From assembly GCA_963718895.1 (NCBI GenBank), contig CAVRAG010000010.1:1-39024 (forward strand): DNA of 39,024 nucleotides, in the 5' to 3' direction. The position numbers and the translations under genes were made by a program. Positions 1 to 8,813 of this stretch are shown in pieces (the stretch's first letter is position 1; each line of letters begins with the position of its first letter). This DNA is from an uncultured Nitrososphaerota archaeon. GTDB taxonomy: Archaea; Thermoproteota; Nitrososphaeria; Nitrososphaerales; Gagatemarchaeaceae. The notes under the pieces were generated by a model. The model ran no database searches. It saw only the letters and a list, made by a program, of their open reading frames with translations, and was not told the DNA's origin.

Positions 1-122
1 GGGATTCTCGCGTTTCCGCATTTCGAGCCCGCGACCTCCGGATTTCGCATCCGAGCTTGGGATTATGAGTTTCGCCCACCTGAGGCTGCCCGGCGCAATG
101 AGCCAAGCTATGCTACCCCGGC
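1..122 (-). tRNA. tRNA-Met(CAT), elongator type, three introns; 3' end runs off the window
   Basis: Reverse complement reads GCCGGGG-TA-D arm-CCGG[intron 71-89]A-CTCATA[intron 44-63]A-TCCGG-AGGTC-GCGGG-CTCGAA[intron 5-21]T-CCC. Anticodon at 65-67. BHB central helices CGCC/GGCG and CTCG/CGAG are perfect. Confidence 0.88.
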
Positions 123-320
123 ACGCATGGAAACAAAATGTGAGGTGATTTAAGTTGCACTGCCCGTTGTTGCTTCCTTAGGGCTGTGCTCACCCGTGCA
201 ATCCCCGCCGAGGTCGGCGAGGCGACCATCAGCCTTGGTGTGATGCAAATTTTGCATTATTGTCCCGTGACCCTTACCAAACACTAAAAAATCTCACTTA
301 TTGGTGCCATGTCTACCTAC

Positions 321-407
321 GCCTCGGTAGCTCAGCCTGGTAGAGCACTGCCTTGGTAAAGAAATCCAGAAAGGCAGGGGTCCCGGGATCAAATCCCGGC
401 CGAGGCT
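321..407 (+). tRNA. tRNA-Thr(GGT) with 13-nt intron at 37/38
   Basis: Acceptor stem GCCTCGG/CCGAGGC, anticodon stem CTGCC/GGCAG, anticodon GGT at 355-357, intron 359-371 (helix TTGG/CCAG), T arm CCGGG-ATCAAAT-CCCGG. Confidence 0.93.
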
Positions 408-471
408 CCTTAGTCTCTGCAGGTCAGCATCCCGAACCCTTTTACCTCTCTGGTGCTCGACCCGTCTTGGG

Positions 472-855
472 ATGAACAAGAAGGAGATCGCTTTTCTCAA
501 CAAGCGAGAGCTTGCCAGGTTGGCGACGGCGTCGAAGGACCTCATGCCGCACGTGATACCCGTGATGTATGCCATGGACGGACAGAAGGTCATCATCGCC
601 ATTGATTACCACACGAAGAAACTGAAGAACCTGAGGGAGAATCCGAAGGTCTCTCTTGTGGTGGATGAATATGATCCGAACGGGGCCGTCTTCATTCAGG
701 GCACGTGCACCATCCTTGAGAAAGGTCCTGAGTATCTCCGTCTCCTCAAGATCCTGTTCAAGAGGTTCGATTTCTACCGAAAGAACCCTTGGGGCGAGGG
801 GGAATCCCCAATCATCAGCATAACACCCGTCAAGGTCGTAAGCTGGGGGGTATAG
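472..855 (+). CDS. Pyridoxamine 5'-phosphate oxidase-like (PPOX/F420-dependent split barrel) protein
   Basis: 127 aa with ARLAT...PHVIPV, K..NLRENPKVSLVVD and V.IQG motifs. Confidence 0.85.
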   Translation: MNKKEIAFLNKRELARLATASKDLMPHVIPVMYAMDGQKVIIAIDYHTKKLKNLRENPKVSLVVDEYDPNGAVFIQGTCTILEKGPEYLRLLKILFKRFDFYRKNPWGEGESPIISITPVKVVSWGV

Positions 856-929
856 CAACCGACTGGTTCGGCCCAGAAACGCTGAATCAGATTACTTTAA
901 AACCAGTTTTCGGGGCGAGGAGGCATCCT

Positions 930-1017
930 GCGGGGGTCGCCCAGCCTGGTCAACGGCGCGAGGCTCAGGACCTCGTCCCTTAGGGGTTCGTGGGTTCGAA
1001 TCCCACCCCCCGCACCA
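930..1017 (+). tRNA. tRNA-Leu(CAG), intronless, CCA encoded
   Basis: Acceptor GCGGGGG/CCCCCGC, anticodon arm CGAGG-CT-CAG-GA-CCTCG, long variable arm, GTGGG-TTCGAAT-CCCAC, ends ACCA. Confidence 0.96.
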
Positions 1018-1051
1018 GTCTTACTATCACTCCTCAAGATTCTTGATTAGT

Positions 1052-1351
1052 TCAGTCCAGTCGAGTTCCAGAAGAGCCGTGACTACCGAGGGGGGTAATC
1101 ATGTATCTACCCGGCTCCCCGAAGGGCTCCACGTTGTACTCCATCAGACCGAGCGCGATCAGCTCTGTCAGTTGCCAGCGGATCGTCCATAGGGAAAATG
1201 CTCGCAGAGCCGAGTCAATCTCCGCATTGGACAGACCCTTTCCCTCGTTCTTGGCCAGGACGCTCAGGATTCTGTCAAGATGGGTCTTTCTTATTTCGTC
1301 AAGCACCGATCGTCTCTTCGAGGGGTCAGACCAGACCCATGGACCCTGCAT
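1052..1351 (-). CDS. Small winged-helix (ArsR/MarR-like) protein
   Basis: RILSVL...GLSNAEI...IRWQLTELIALGLM...GRYMITPLG fits a wHTH pattern. Start taken at the ATG at 1351. Confidence 0.55.
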   Translation of the reverse strand: MQGPWVWSDPSKRRSVLDEIRKTHLDRILSVLAKNEGKGLSNAEIDSALRAFSLWTIRWQLTELIALGLMEYNVEPFGEPGRYMITPLGSHGSSGTRLD

Positions 1352-1473
1352 GACCCTATATGACAGGGTCCTTGATAAGAGTTGCAAACGATTGAAATGG
1401 TTTAACGATTGTATCAATTGTTTTTCGTCTGACTGGTGAAATCAATCCCCGGCGAAGTGAAGTTCGGTCGTAA

Positions 1474-1731
1474 ATGGAAGTAGTCACACAATACGTGGAC
1501 CACAAGACAGAGCTCGAAGGCCACATCGAAGCACTCGAAGCGGAGCAGGCATCGCTCATCGCAGACATCTCAACCCTGAAGGAGAGGTTAACAACGTTGG
1601 AGCTGGAGAGGCACGCTTCTTCACTCGCAAGCGACGTTGAGGCGCTCCGCACAGAGAAGACTGTCCTAGAGGAGAAGATTGCGTCTTACTCCGTCGAGTC
1701 CGCAGCTTCGAGTGAAGGCTATCAGGTTTAG
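1474..1731 (+). CDS. Coiled-coil hypothetical protein
   Basis: 85 aa with heptad-rich L/I..E pattern. Confidence 0.65.
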   Translation: MEVVTQYVDHKTELEGHIEALEAEQASLIADISTLKERLTTLELERHASSLASDVEALRTEKTVLEEKIASYSVESAASSEGYQV

Positions 1732-2153
1732 CGGAACTTCGATACCTTCTCTTCGAGCTCTCCCTTCTCTTTTCTGAGATAGGAGACCTGCCCCTCGAGC
1801 GCGTGCACCTTGACCTCGAGTTGCTTCAGCTGGGATTCCCTGTCCTTCTGCATCATCGTCTCCTGAAGCTCCTCCTGGTCCTTCACGAGTCCGTTGATCT
1901 TCTGCTGAAGCTCCTGGTTGGTCGTCTTCAGGTCCTTCAGGTCGCTTTGGATCTTCCTGAGTTGATCCTCCGCCACGACGAGGTACTTCTGGCGGCTGAC
2001 TATGATTGGAAACTTGGTGTTGCACTTGGAGCACTGATACATCCCGACCTTCCGCTGGGTCAGTCCTCGTTCGCCCTCGTTCGGCTCGACTATGACTGTG
2101 AAGACCTTGGACGGAGTATCGGTGGCGGTTCCACAGCTGGGACATACTGGCAA
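1728..2153 (-). CDS. Zn-ribbon (Cren7-like) N-terminal domain fused to a coiled coil
   Basis: CPSCG...PSKVF...KVGMYQCSKCNTKF followed by ~75 aa of heptad repeats. Confidence 0.65.
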   Translation of the reverse strand: MPVCPSCGTATDTPSKVFTVIVEPNEGERGLTQRKVGMYQCSKCNTKFPIIVSRQKYLVVAEDQLRKIQSDLKDLKTTNQELQQKINGLVKDQEELQETMMQKDRESQLKQLEVKVHALEGQVSYLRKEKGELEEKVSKFR

Positions 2154-2193
2154 GTTCGGGCGTCAGTACACCGCAAGCTGTTGTGTTAAGTCT

Positions 2194-2475
2194 TTACTCG
2201 CGTATCGATTCGAGTTCCGAGACGGCGGACCAGAGCGTCACCCTTGCAAAGGAGGGCATGTTCGGGTCCTGTGCCACCTCATCCAGCATGCTGATTGCAT
2301 TCGCGGCTCTTACGGCCACGCTAAGCTTGGAGTCCTGAAGGACGGTCATGGAATCCTTGACGATCTTCCGGATGTTTCTCGGAGTGATGTTCGAGTCGGC
2401 TATTTGTTGAAGGCTTCCGCTCGCCTTCGTTAGCTTTGCATCGTTCTCTTGTTGTTTCCTGATCTTGGTGCTCAA
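2194..2475 (-). CDS. UPF0147 family protein
   Basis: TPRNIRK...RAANAISMLDEVAQDPNMPSFARVTLWSAVSELES signature. TTG start at 2475 is inferred. Confidence 0.88.
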   Translation of the reverse strand: MSTKIRKQQENDAKLTKASGSLQQIADSNITPRNIRKIVKDSMTVLQDSKLSVAVRAANAISMLDEVAQDPNMPSFARVTLWSAVSELESIRE

Positions 2476-2607
2476 ATTGTGACGCCTTGGGGCCTGTTTC
2501 GTCGCCTCCGTTGGGGAGGATATGTGGCTTTCCCTTGACAGGATTTGTCGCGTTTGGTGAGTCACGCCCGAATGATTAATAGGTCGGGTATGGCAAACGG
2601 CCTGTGA

Positions 2608-2949
2608 ATGAGCAAGTCGCGTGAGAAGATGCAGCTGACGGTCGAGTTGATGAGGCGTGGTGCCGTTATGCTGAAGGAACCATGCCCTCTCGACAACGGG
2701 GTCCAGATGAGGTACAAAGGCAAGGTCTACTGCACGACCCACGACGACCTTGATGCGGCGCTCTCGGCCAAGGAGATAACCTTCGGAGATGTTGCTGCGA
2801 CCATGAGGGACCTGCTGCTGACCAAGCTGAAGGAGAACATGGCTCTTCTCGAGAGCGAGAAAGACCCTCAAAAGCAGGAGCAGATTGTCTCCCTGATGGC
2901 CAAGTCGGTGGACCTGCTGAACAAGCTCGAATCATCACAAAGGACTTAA
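2608..2949 (+). CDS. Autoantigen p27 / UPF0148-like protein
   Basis: ELMRRGAVMLKEPCPLD...GKVYC motif, divergent from the UPF0147 gene. Confidence 0.75.
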   Translation: MSKSREKMQLTVELMRRGAVMLKEPCPLDNGVQMRYKGKVYCTTHDDLDAALSAKEITFGDVAATMRDLLLTKLKENMALLESEKDPQKQEQIVSLMAKSVDLLNKLESSQRT

Positions 2950-2975
2950 GTTTCCGGGGACGGGGCACGTGCATC

Positions 2976-3452
2976 ATGGTCCTCAGAGTGGGTCAGCGGG
3001 TCCCTGACTTCGCCCTGGCTGACCACTTGAAGCAGGAAAGGAAGCTTTCCGAGTTCATCCAGAAGGGGAACGTGGTGATAGCTTTCTTTCCTTTTGCGTT
3101 CTCCGGAACCTGCGACAGGGAGATGTGCACCTTCAGGGACAGTATGTCGAGGTTCAACGCGCTACAAGCTACAGTGGTCGCCATCAGCGTCGACAGTGTA
3201 TATACCCTCAAGGTCTTCGCGCAGACGTACAATCTCGAGTACCCCCTTCTGAGCGACTTCAACAAGAAGGTCAGCAGAGCCTTCGACGTGCTGCAGGACC
3301 CCTGGATACACTTCGGTTACAGGGGAGTCGCGAAGCGCTCTGTATTCGTCCTCGACAAGAAGGGGATACTGCGGTACAGGTGGGTCACTGATGTGCCCAG
3401 CGAGGAGCCTCCGTATGACGAGGTCATCGAGACCCTGAAGAAGCTGAACTAG
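2976..3452 (+). CDS. Peroxiredoxin (AhpC/TSA, AhpE/Bcp-like)
   Basis: FFPFAFSGTCDREMC motif, AISVDS, YPLLSD, KRSVFVLD. Confidence 0.92.
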   Translation: MVLRVGQRVPDFALADHLKQERKLSEFIQKGNVVIAFFPFAFSGTCDREMCTFRDSMSRFNALQATVVAISVDSVYTLKVFAQTYNLEYPLLSDFNKKVSRAFDVLQDPWIHFGYRGVAKRSVFVLDKKGILRYRWVTDVPSEEPPYDEVIETLKKLN

Positions 3453-3487
3453 GGTGTCGTTTTTATAGCACCTAATGTCATGTGAGC

Positions 3488-3853
3488 ATGAAAATGTCCC
3501 TGGAAGTCAAGGAAATCAAGCCGGTCGTCGAGATAACGCCACAGGCAGCGGAAGAGCTCAAAATCTATCTCCTGAAGCAGGGCAAGGCTGAAGGCGGCCT
3601 CCGGGTCTTCGTCTCTGCCGGCGGCTGTTCGGGGCTTTCCTATGGGATGGTTCCGGAAGACAAGAGCACTGACGACGACTACGTAATTACCCAGCACGGA
3701 GCGAAGCTAATTGTCGACAAGTCCAGTATGCCTTTCATAGCGGGTTCGCTGATTGACTTCCAATCTGACAAGCTGATGGGTGGAGGATTCGTGGTGAAGA
3801 ACCCCAATGCTGTCTCCACGTGTGGATGTGGCGAATCGTTCAAGACGGCCTGA
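3488..3853 (+). CDS. A-type Fe-S cluster carrier (IscA/HesB family)
   Basis: GGCSGLSY and NPNA..TCGCGESF motifs. Confidence 0.95.
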   Translation: MKMSLEVKEIKPVVEITPQAAEELKIYLLKQGKAEGGLRVFVSAGGCSGLSYGMVPEDKSTDDDYVITQHGAKLIVDKSSMPFIAGSLIDFQSDKLMGGGFVVKNPNAVSTCGCGESFKTA

Positions 3854-3967
3854 ATCAGGTACTCAGTCATTCACTGACCATCACCCAATAGAAAGACTCG
3901 CTAACTGCATGGTTGTGGGGAATGTCACTCGCAGAACTACTAGGGATGCTGGGGTAGAGATAAGACG

Positions 3968-4144
3968 CGCCGGGAGTGGGACTTTCACCCATGGAAGAGC
4001 CGCCGAACGGCTTTCTTCCCTGGGATTTGAACCCACATGCCCCCGAAGAGGCACGGGCTGACTAGTCATCCGATCTCGAGTTGCGGATTCGCCCCGCCTT
4101 GGGGACGGATTGCCCGCGCGTTAACCAGACTCCGCCATCCCGGC
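3968..4144 (-). tRNA. tRNA-Ser(CGA) with three introns
   Basis: Acceptor GCCGGGA/TCCCGGC, CGGGC[intron 4081-4111]CT-CGA-G[intron 4060-4074]A-GCCCG, long variable arm TGCCTC-TTCG-GGGGCA, GTGGG-TTCAAA[intron 3982-4025]T-CCCAC. Anticodon at 4076-4078. Confidence 0.88.
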
Positions 4145-4206
4145 AAAGCCACCAGCCATTCATGCCCTCTTTATTCTTTGCAAGAAACCGGTTCCTGTCG
4201 GTGTTG

Positions 4207-5001
4207 CTACACCTTTACGTACTTCGGACGCCAGGATCGGGTCTTGTCGGGGAGTTCTGTGTATTCGAAGTCCGCGTAAATCAGCGGGAACTTCTCCTTC
4301 ATGGTCCGTGCGACCTTGTCGAAGACGTACCTTATCTCGACCTCGGCGGCTTCTGCTGTGCGCATCGCGATGACATGTCTCATAGTCCGGTGGTTAGCGG
4401 TCCAGATGATTGACGTAGCCATCCCATCGGGCGCGATCCGCCTCAGGGCGGACGTTATGCGCTTCTTCACGTCGAAGTTCATGTTCTCCCAGTCGAACTC
4501 GCCTTCGAGGTCCTTGTAGCTCCCTTCGATGTTCTCGACTATGGCCTTGACCTTGACTTTCTTGCCGGCGAGCTCTGGCGGAAGCCAGAAGCTCAGTTCG
4601 GATGGACGTACGTACCTGAGGGATTCCTGGCTGATTGCCACTCCCACTCTGTGCCTGACAAGTTCGTGGGTGAAGACCCTGCTGACGTTGATGAAGGCAA
4701 AGGTGCACGTGGCGTGCTCGAAGATGGAACCGTCGCCCTTGGAGAGCGTGTTCTGTATGTAGTCCTCAGAGCTTTGGCGTATCTTGGTGACGTTCGGGTT
4801 CAAACCGACCCCGAAGCTCTTGTAGCAGAGCCGTCCGGCGACCTCGGTGAGGAGTTCACCTTCTGATTTTGATGCCTTCTGTGTCTTTGAGAACCATTCT
4901 AGGGCTGTGGACCCCCCTATTGCGCCGAGCATCTCCTTGACTTGGGTAAGGTCAATCTTGGTCTCGCCTATCAGGAAGACCTGTGGTTCAACAAACTTCA
5001 T
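4207..5001 (-). CDS. thyX: FAD-dependent thymidylate synthase
   Basis: SIFEH, HELVRHR...SQESLRY ThyX motif, EIR. Confidence 0.95.
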   Translation of the reverse strand: MKFVEPQVFLIGETKIDLTQVKEMLGAIGGSTALEWFSKTQKASKSEGELLTEVAGRLCYKSFGVGLNPNVTKIRQSSEDYIQNTLSKGDGSIFEHATCTFAFINVSRVFTHELVRHRVGVAISQESLRYVRPSELSFWLPPELAGKKVKVKAIVENIEGSYKDLEGEFDWENMNFDVKKRITSALRRIAPDGMATSIIWTANHRTMRHVIAMRTAEAAEVEIRYVFDKVARTMKEKFPLIYADFEYTELPDKTRSWRPKYVKV

Positions 5002-5171
5002 TCTTTGTCGGCTTTCATTGGTTGAGTTAATTAATCTGTACTCACTCCTAACTCATTCCGACTATTGGACCTTAACTGCGTGTTCACTTTAATATGGGAA
5101 TGTGCATCGGAGAGGTAGTTGTGTCATGGCACGTACCGTGATTCCTAGGCACGCCGGGGACCCGTGATACG

Positions 5172-6509
5172 TTGCGCGTCTTTGGTACCGCCGGCGTAAG
5201 GGGAGTCTTCAACGTCACCCAGACTCCAGAACAGGTGTACAGGCTTGCCCTGACCTCGGCTTTTGCATTCGGAAGGGGATCGTACGGCGTCGGATGGGAC
5301 GGCCGCAAGAGTTCGGCGTTGCTGGCGCGTGTGGTCGCCGCAGGTCTCGTTTCTGCTGGAGGTCGAGCTGTCCTGTTCGGGTTGGTTCCGACTCCTGTGA
5401 CTGCCTTCGGCGCGAGGGAGGAGAGGTGTAATCTGGGCTTCTCCGTCACAGCATCGCATAATCCTCCCGAATATTCTGGAGTGAAATTCTTCAATGAGGT
5501 CGGCATGGAACTCCCGAAAGAGCAGGAACTGAGGATAGAGAGAGTGATGGTGGTCGAAGCTAACATGAACTCGCCCGAGTTTGGGGAGGTGACTTCCCGG
5601 GATGTCCTGGGTCCCTATTTTGATAAGTTGGTCGCCCGATTTGAGAAGGTGGACAAGGGTCTCAAGATTGTCGTGGATTGCTCCAATGGGCCCGGAGCTC
5701 TAGTCACGCCGCTTGCATTGGACGTATTGGGACACAAGGTCATTCCACTTAACGCCCAAATTTCCTGGCGATTCCCAGCCAGGCTGCCGGAGCCGACACC
5801 TCAGAACCTTGCCGATACGGCCTCGATTGTTTCGTCGGTCGGAGCTGACCTTGGGCTAGCTCATGACGGGGATGCTGATCGGCTGGTGCTAATCAACTCA
5901 GCGGGACGGGTCCTTCCGGACTCCATCGTGTCGATACTTGCTCTCAGGGCGTCGGTAAAGAAGGGTGGGGTCGTCATATTGTCGGAGAACACCTCTTCCG
6001 CTGTGGAAGAGGAGGCCGTGAGGATGGGCTGTCGCGTTGTGAGGAGCAGGATTGGCAAGTCGTTTGCGGAGATAGAGAAGGAGGGAGCTGTCTTTGCGAC
6101 GGAACCCAGCAAAATCGTGAATCCTCGATGGGGAATGTGGGAGGATGGGATGTACGGCGCCTTGCTGATTGCCGACGCTGTCTCCAGAGAGCCAGAGCTG
6201 ATGAAGTTAATCAGCTCGGAACCGAAGTGGAAGTACACGCAAGTCAACATACCCGTCTCCGTAGACCTCTCCAGCGCAACGGAGAGGGTGGAAGCCGAAT
6301 TCGCCAAGTTCAGGATATCTGAGGTGAGGCGTCTGGACGGCTTGAAGATACTGTTCAAGGATGGGTCTTGGATTATGTTTAGGTCTTCAGGTACGGAGCC
6401 TAAGACGAGGATCTATTGCGAGTCGCTGGACCAGATTAGGCTGGAGGAGCTACTCGGCACCGGAGAGAAGGTATTGGAGAACTTGGCTGGACCAGCAAAG
6501 GAACTCTGA
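5172..6509 (+). CDS. Phosphohexomutase (PMM/PGM/GlmM family)
   Basis: FGTAGVRG, TASHNPPEY, DGDADR, RSSGTEPK motifs. Confidence 0.93.
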   Translation: MRVFGTAGVRGVFNVTQTPEQVYRLALTSAFAFGRGSYGVGWDGRKSSALLARVVAAGLVSAGGRAVLFGLVPTPVTAFGAREERCNLGFSVTASHNPPEYSGVKFFNEVGMELPKEQELRIERVMVVEANMNSPEFGEVTSRDVLGPYFDKLVARFEKVDKGLKIVVDCSNGPGALVTPLALDVLGHKVIPLNAQISWRFPARLPEPTPQNLADTASIVSSVGADLGLAHDGDADRLVLINSAGRVLPDSIVSILALRASVKKGGVVILSENTSSAVEEEAVRMGCRVVRSRIGKSFAEIEKEGAVFATEPSKIVNPRWGMWEDGMYGALLIADAVSREPELMKLISSEPKWKYTQVNIPVSVDLSSATERVEAEFAKFRISEVRRLDGLKILFKDGSWIMFRSSGTEPKTRIYCESLDQIRLEELLGTGEKVLENLAGPAKEL

Positions 6510-6518
6510 TAATCCGAT

Positions 6519-7994
6519 ATGTCGTTGGAGCTCGCTAACGCTATCTCAAAGGCCCTCTCGGAAGGGTACCAGATAGATGGGGAGGCGTTTGGGGTAATCT
6601 CAGGTCTCCCTCCAGGTACAGATGTCGAACTGCTCGTCAAGAACGCCATCCGGAGAAAGGTCGGAAACGACGACAAAGTCATACGGAAGATGGACATCGA
6701 GCAGGTGATTCCTGAGGACGTTCTCGCTGTTCAGGAGCCTGTCCTGAAAGTCTCTGGGGAGGCGGGGGAGATCGAGGTGATGAGCGACCCCACCGACCAG
6801 ATTGCTCCGGCTGAGGCAGACATTGGCTTCAAGAAACTCTTCCAGGACAGATATTGGAGGCTGCTCGGGATTGCGAGAAGAAGGCCTGATTCGAGGAACA
6901 TCTCCAACATCGAGTCCATGAAGGGACAGAAGGTCGACAAGATGAAGATAGCAGGCCTCCTTTCTTCGAGGAACAGCAAGCATGGGAACGTGGAACTGAC
7001 GATCGACGACCCGACGGGTACCGCACGCATACAATGCAATGAGGAATTCGCGAGCATAGCGATGAGAATCCCCCTCGATAGCTTCGTCGTGGCCGAGTTA
7101 TCAGGAGGGAAAGGGAGCCAGATCTACGCCACGTCGCTGACCATGCCAGACGTTCCAACCCGAAAGCCCGTAACTTCGACGCGCCGAGGTTATGCGGTCC
7201 TCCTCTCTGACCTGCACATCGGGAGCAAGATGTTCCTGGAGGACGACTTCCAGAGGCTCATCATGTGGCTGAACGGCAAGCTCGGTGACCTCGACATTGT
7301 TAGCAGGGTCAAGTATGTGGTGATCGCTGGCGACCTAATCGACGGGATTGGCGTGTATCCAGGACAGGAGAACCAACTCAGCGAGAGAAACCTGAAGAAG
7401 CAGTATTCCCTTGCGGCGCAGACCATCGCCCAAATCCCGAAACACATCAAAATCCTGGTATCGCCGGGCAACCACGACCCCGTCCGGCAGGCACTACCTC
7501 AGCCGGCGATCGCTGTCGACATCGCAGAGCCGTTATACGCGCTTGAGAACGTCAAGAACGTGGGCAACCCAGCTTCCGTGAAGCTGGACGGCGTCAACTT
7601 CCTTGTGTACCACGGGAGAAGCCTTGATGACATAATCGCGACGGTGCCTAATCTCAGCTATGACAGACCCGCCGCGGCCATGCAGGTTCTCCTCAAGTCG
7701 AGACACCTGGCGCCGATGTATGGGAAGAGGACCGCGCTAGCCCCGGAACTGAGGGACATGCTCGTCATAGACCCCGTTCCTGACGTCTTCCATTCGGGGC
7801 ACGTCCATGCAATCGATGTACTGGACTATCGCGGGACTCTCATAGTGAACTCCGGGACGTTCCAGGCGCAGACGCCGTTCCAGGCGAACATGGGGATGGA
7901 GCCGACGTGTTCGATTGTACCCATAGTGGACCTTTCCACCCTGGCGGTGACGAAGAGGAGCTTCACCAAACAGGTCTTCGGTACAGGGAACTAG
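6519..7994 (+). CDS. DNA polymerase D small (exonuclease) subunit DP1
   Basis: OB fold plus calcineurin-like phosphoesterase motifs SDLHIGS, AGDLIDGIGVYPGQ, PGNHD, YHGRSLDD, HLAP.YG, GHVH, NSGTFQ.QT.FQ. Confidence 0.96.
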   Translation: MSLELANAISKALSEGYQIDGEAFGVISGLPPGTDVELLVKNAIRRKVGNDDKVIRKMDIEQVIPEDVLAVQEPVLKVSGEAGEIEVMSDPTDQIAPAEADIGFKKLFQDRYWRLLGIARRRPDSRNISNIESMKGQKVDKMKIAGLLSSRNSKHGNVELTIDDPTGTARIQCNEEFASIAMRIPLDSFVVAELSGGKGSQIYATSLTMPDVPTRKPVTSTRRGYAVLLSDLHIGSKMFLEDDFQRLIMWLNGKLGDLDIVSRVKYVVIAGDLIDGIGVYPGQENQLSERNLKKQYSLAAQTIAQIPKHIKILVSPGNHDPVRQALPQPAIAVDIAEPLYALENVKNVGNPASVKLDGVNFLVYHGRSLDDIIATVPNLSYDRPAAAMQVLLKSRHLAPMYGKRTALAPELRDMLVIDPVPDVFHSGHVHAIDVLDYRGTLIVNSGTFQAQTPFQANMGMEPTCSIVPIVDLSTLAVTKRSFTKQVFGTGN

Positions 7995-8018
7995 ACCGGG
8001 TAAGGTCGTTCCTTGCGG

Positions 8019-8777
8019 TCATTTCTGGCCGTGCAAGAGACCTATGGCACCTACCATGAATTGAATCTTCAACAACCGCGGTATGAATGGTGAGTCTCGC
8101 GTCGGGACGAACTCCACCTTGCTGATTCCCCAGCTTCGCATAGTGTCGACCAGTTCATTGACGTCCCCGAATGTCCCCTGGAGAAGAAACAGGTCTTGGA
8201 ATGCAAACTCGCCCCCTTTCTGGAGGACGCGCAACGCCTCTCTCAAGACCTGCTTCTTGTCGGCGACGTCTTTCACTTCATGGAAAGTGAGGTTGCTCAC
8301 TACGGCATCAAAATAACCGTCTTCGAAGGGAAGCGAGGACGCGCTCGCCCTCTGGAAGGAGACTCGACTATCGACCCCTTCGATCTCGGCGTTTTTCTCG
8401 CACATTCCTTTGGAATACTCCCAACTCGCACCCCAGTAGTCAACTCCTACTACCTGAGATCCGGGATGGTTGTTAGCGAGCTTGATAGCCAGGGGACCAT
8501 TACCGCACCCTATGTCCAGCGCGCGTCCTTCCCCGTCCCAGTCTAGATGACTGAGGACCAAGTCGCGGATCTTGTTCTGCACATCTCCGCCCCTTGGGTC
8601 AAACCGATACCAAGCGTAGGCGAAGTATGCTGCAATAACAAGGAAAAAGGCAGCGACGACCCCCAGTATTGGGTAGAAGATCCCTATTCCGACGAACACC
8701 GCGCCTAAAATGACTGCTCCATAGATGAGCCTCTTCGGTACCCAGTTTCCATACTCAGGTTTGGCGGAGTTCTTCAT
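8019..8777 (-). CDS. Class I SAM-dependent methyltransferase with N-terminal TM helices
   Basis: LDIGCGNG, LPFEDGYFDAVVSN, LRVLQKGG motifs. Confidence 0.9.
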   Translation of the reverse strand: MKNSAKPEYGNWVPKRLIYGAVILGAVFVGIGIFYPILGVVAAFFLVIAAYFAYAWYRFDPRGGDVQNKIRDLVLSHLDWDGEGRALDIGCGNGPLAIKLANNHPGSQVVGVDYWGASWEYSKGMCEKNAEIEGVDSRVSFQRASASSLPFEDGYFDAVVSNLTFHEVKDVADKKQVLREALRVLQKGGEFAFQDLFLLQGTFGDVNELVDTMRSWGISKVEFVPTRDSPFIPRLLKIQFMVGAIGLLHGQK

Positions 8778-8813
8778 GGATTTGGCCGCCCTTCTGCAGC
8801 CGACTGCGCCGAC

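Noticed and set aside
3870-4160. RNase P or SRP RNA, or the small ORFs 3807-4061, 3881-4069, 4037-4279
   Set aside because: The structured region is explained by the three-intron tRNA-Ser.
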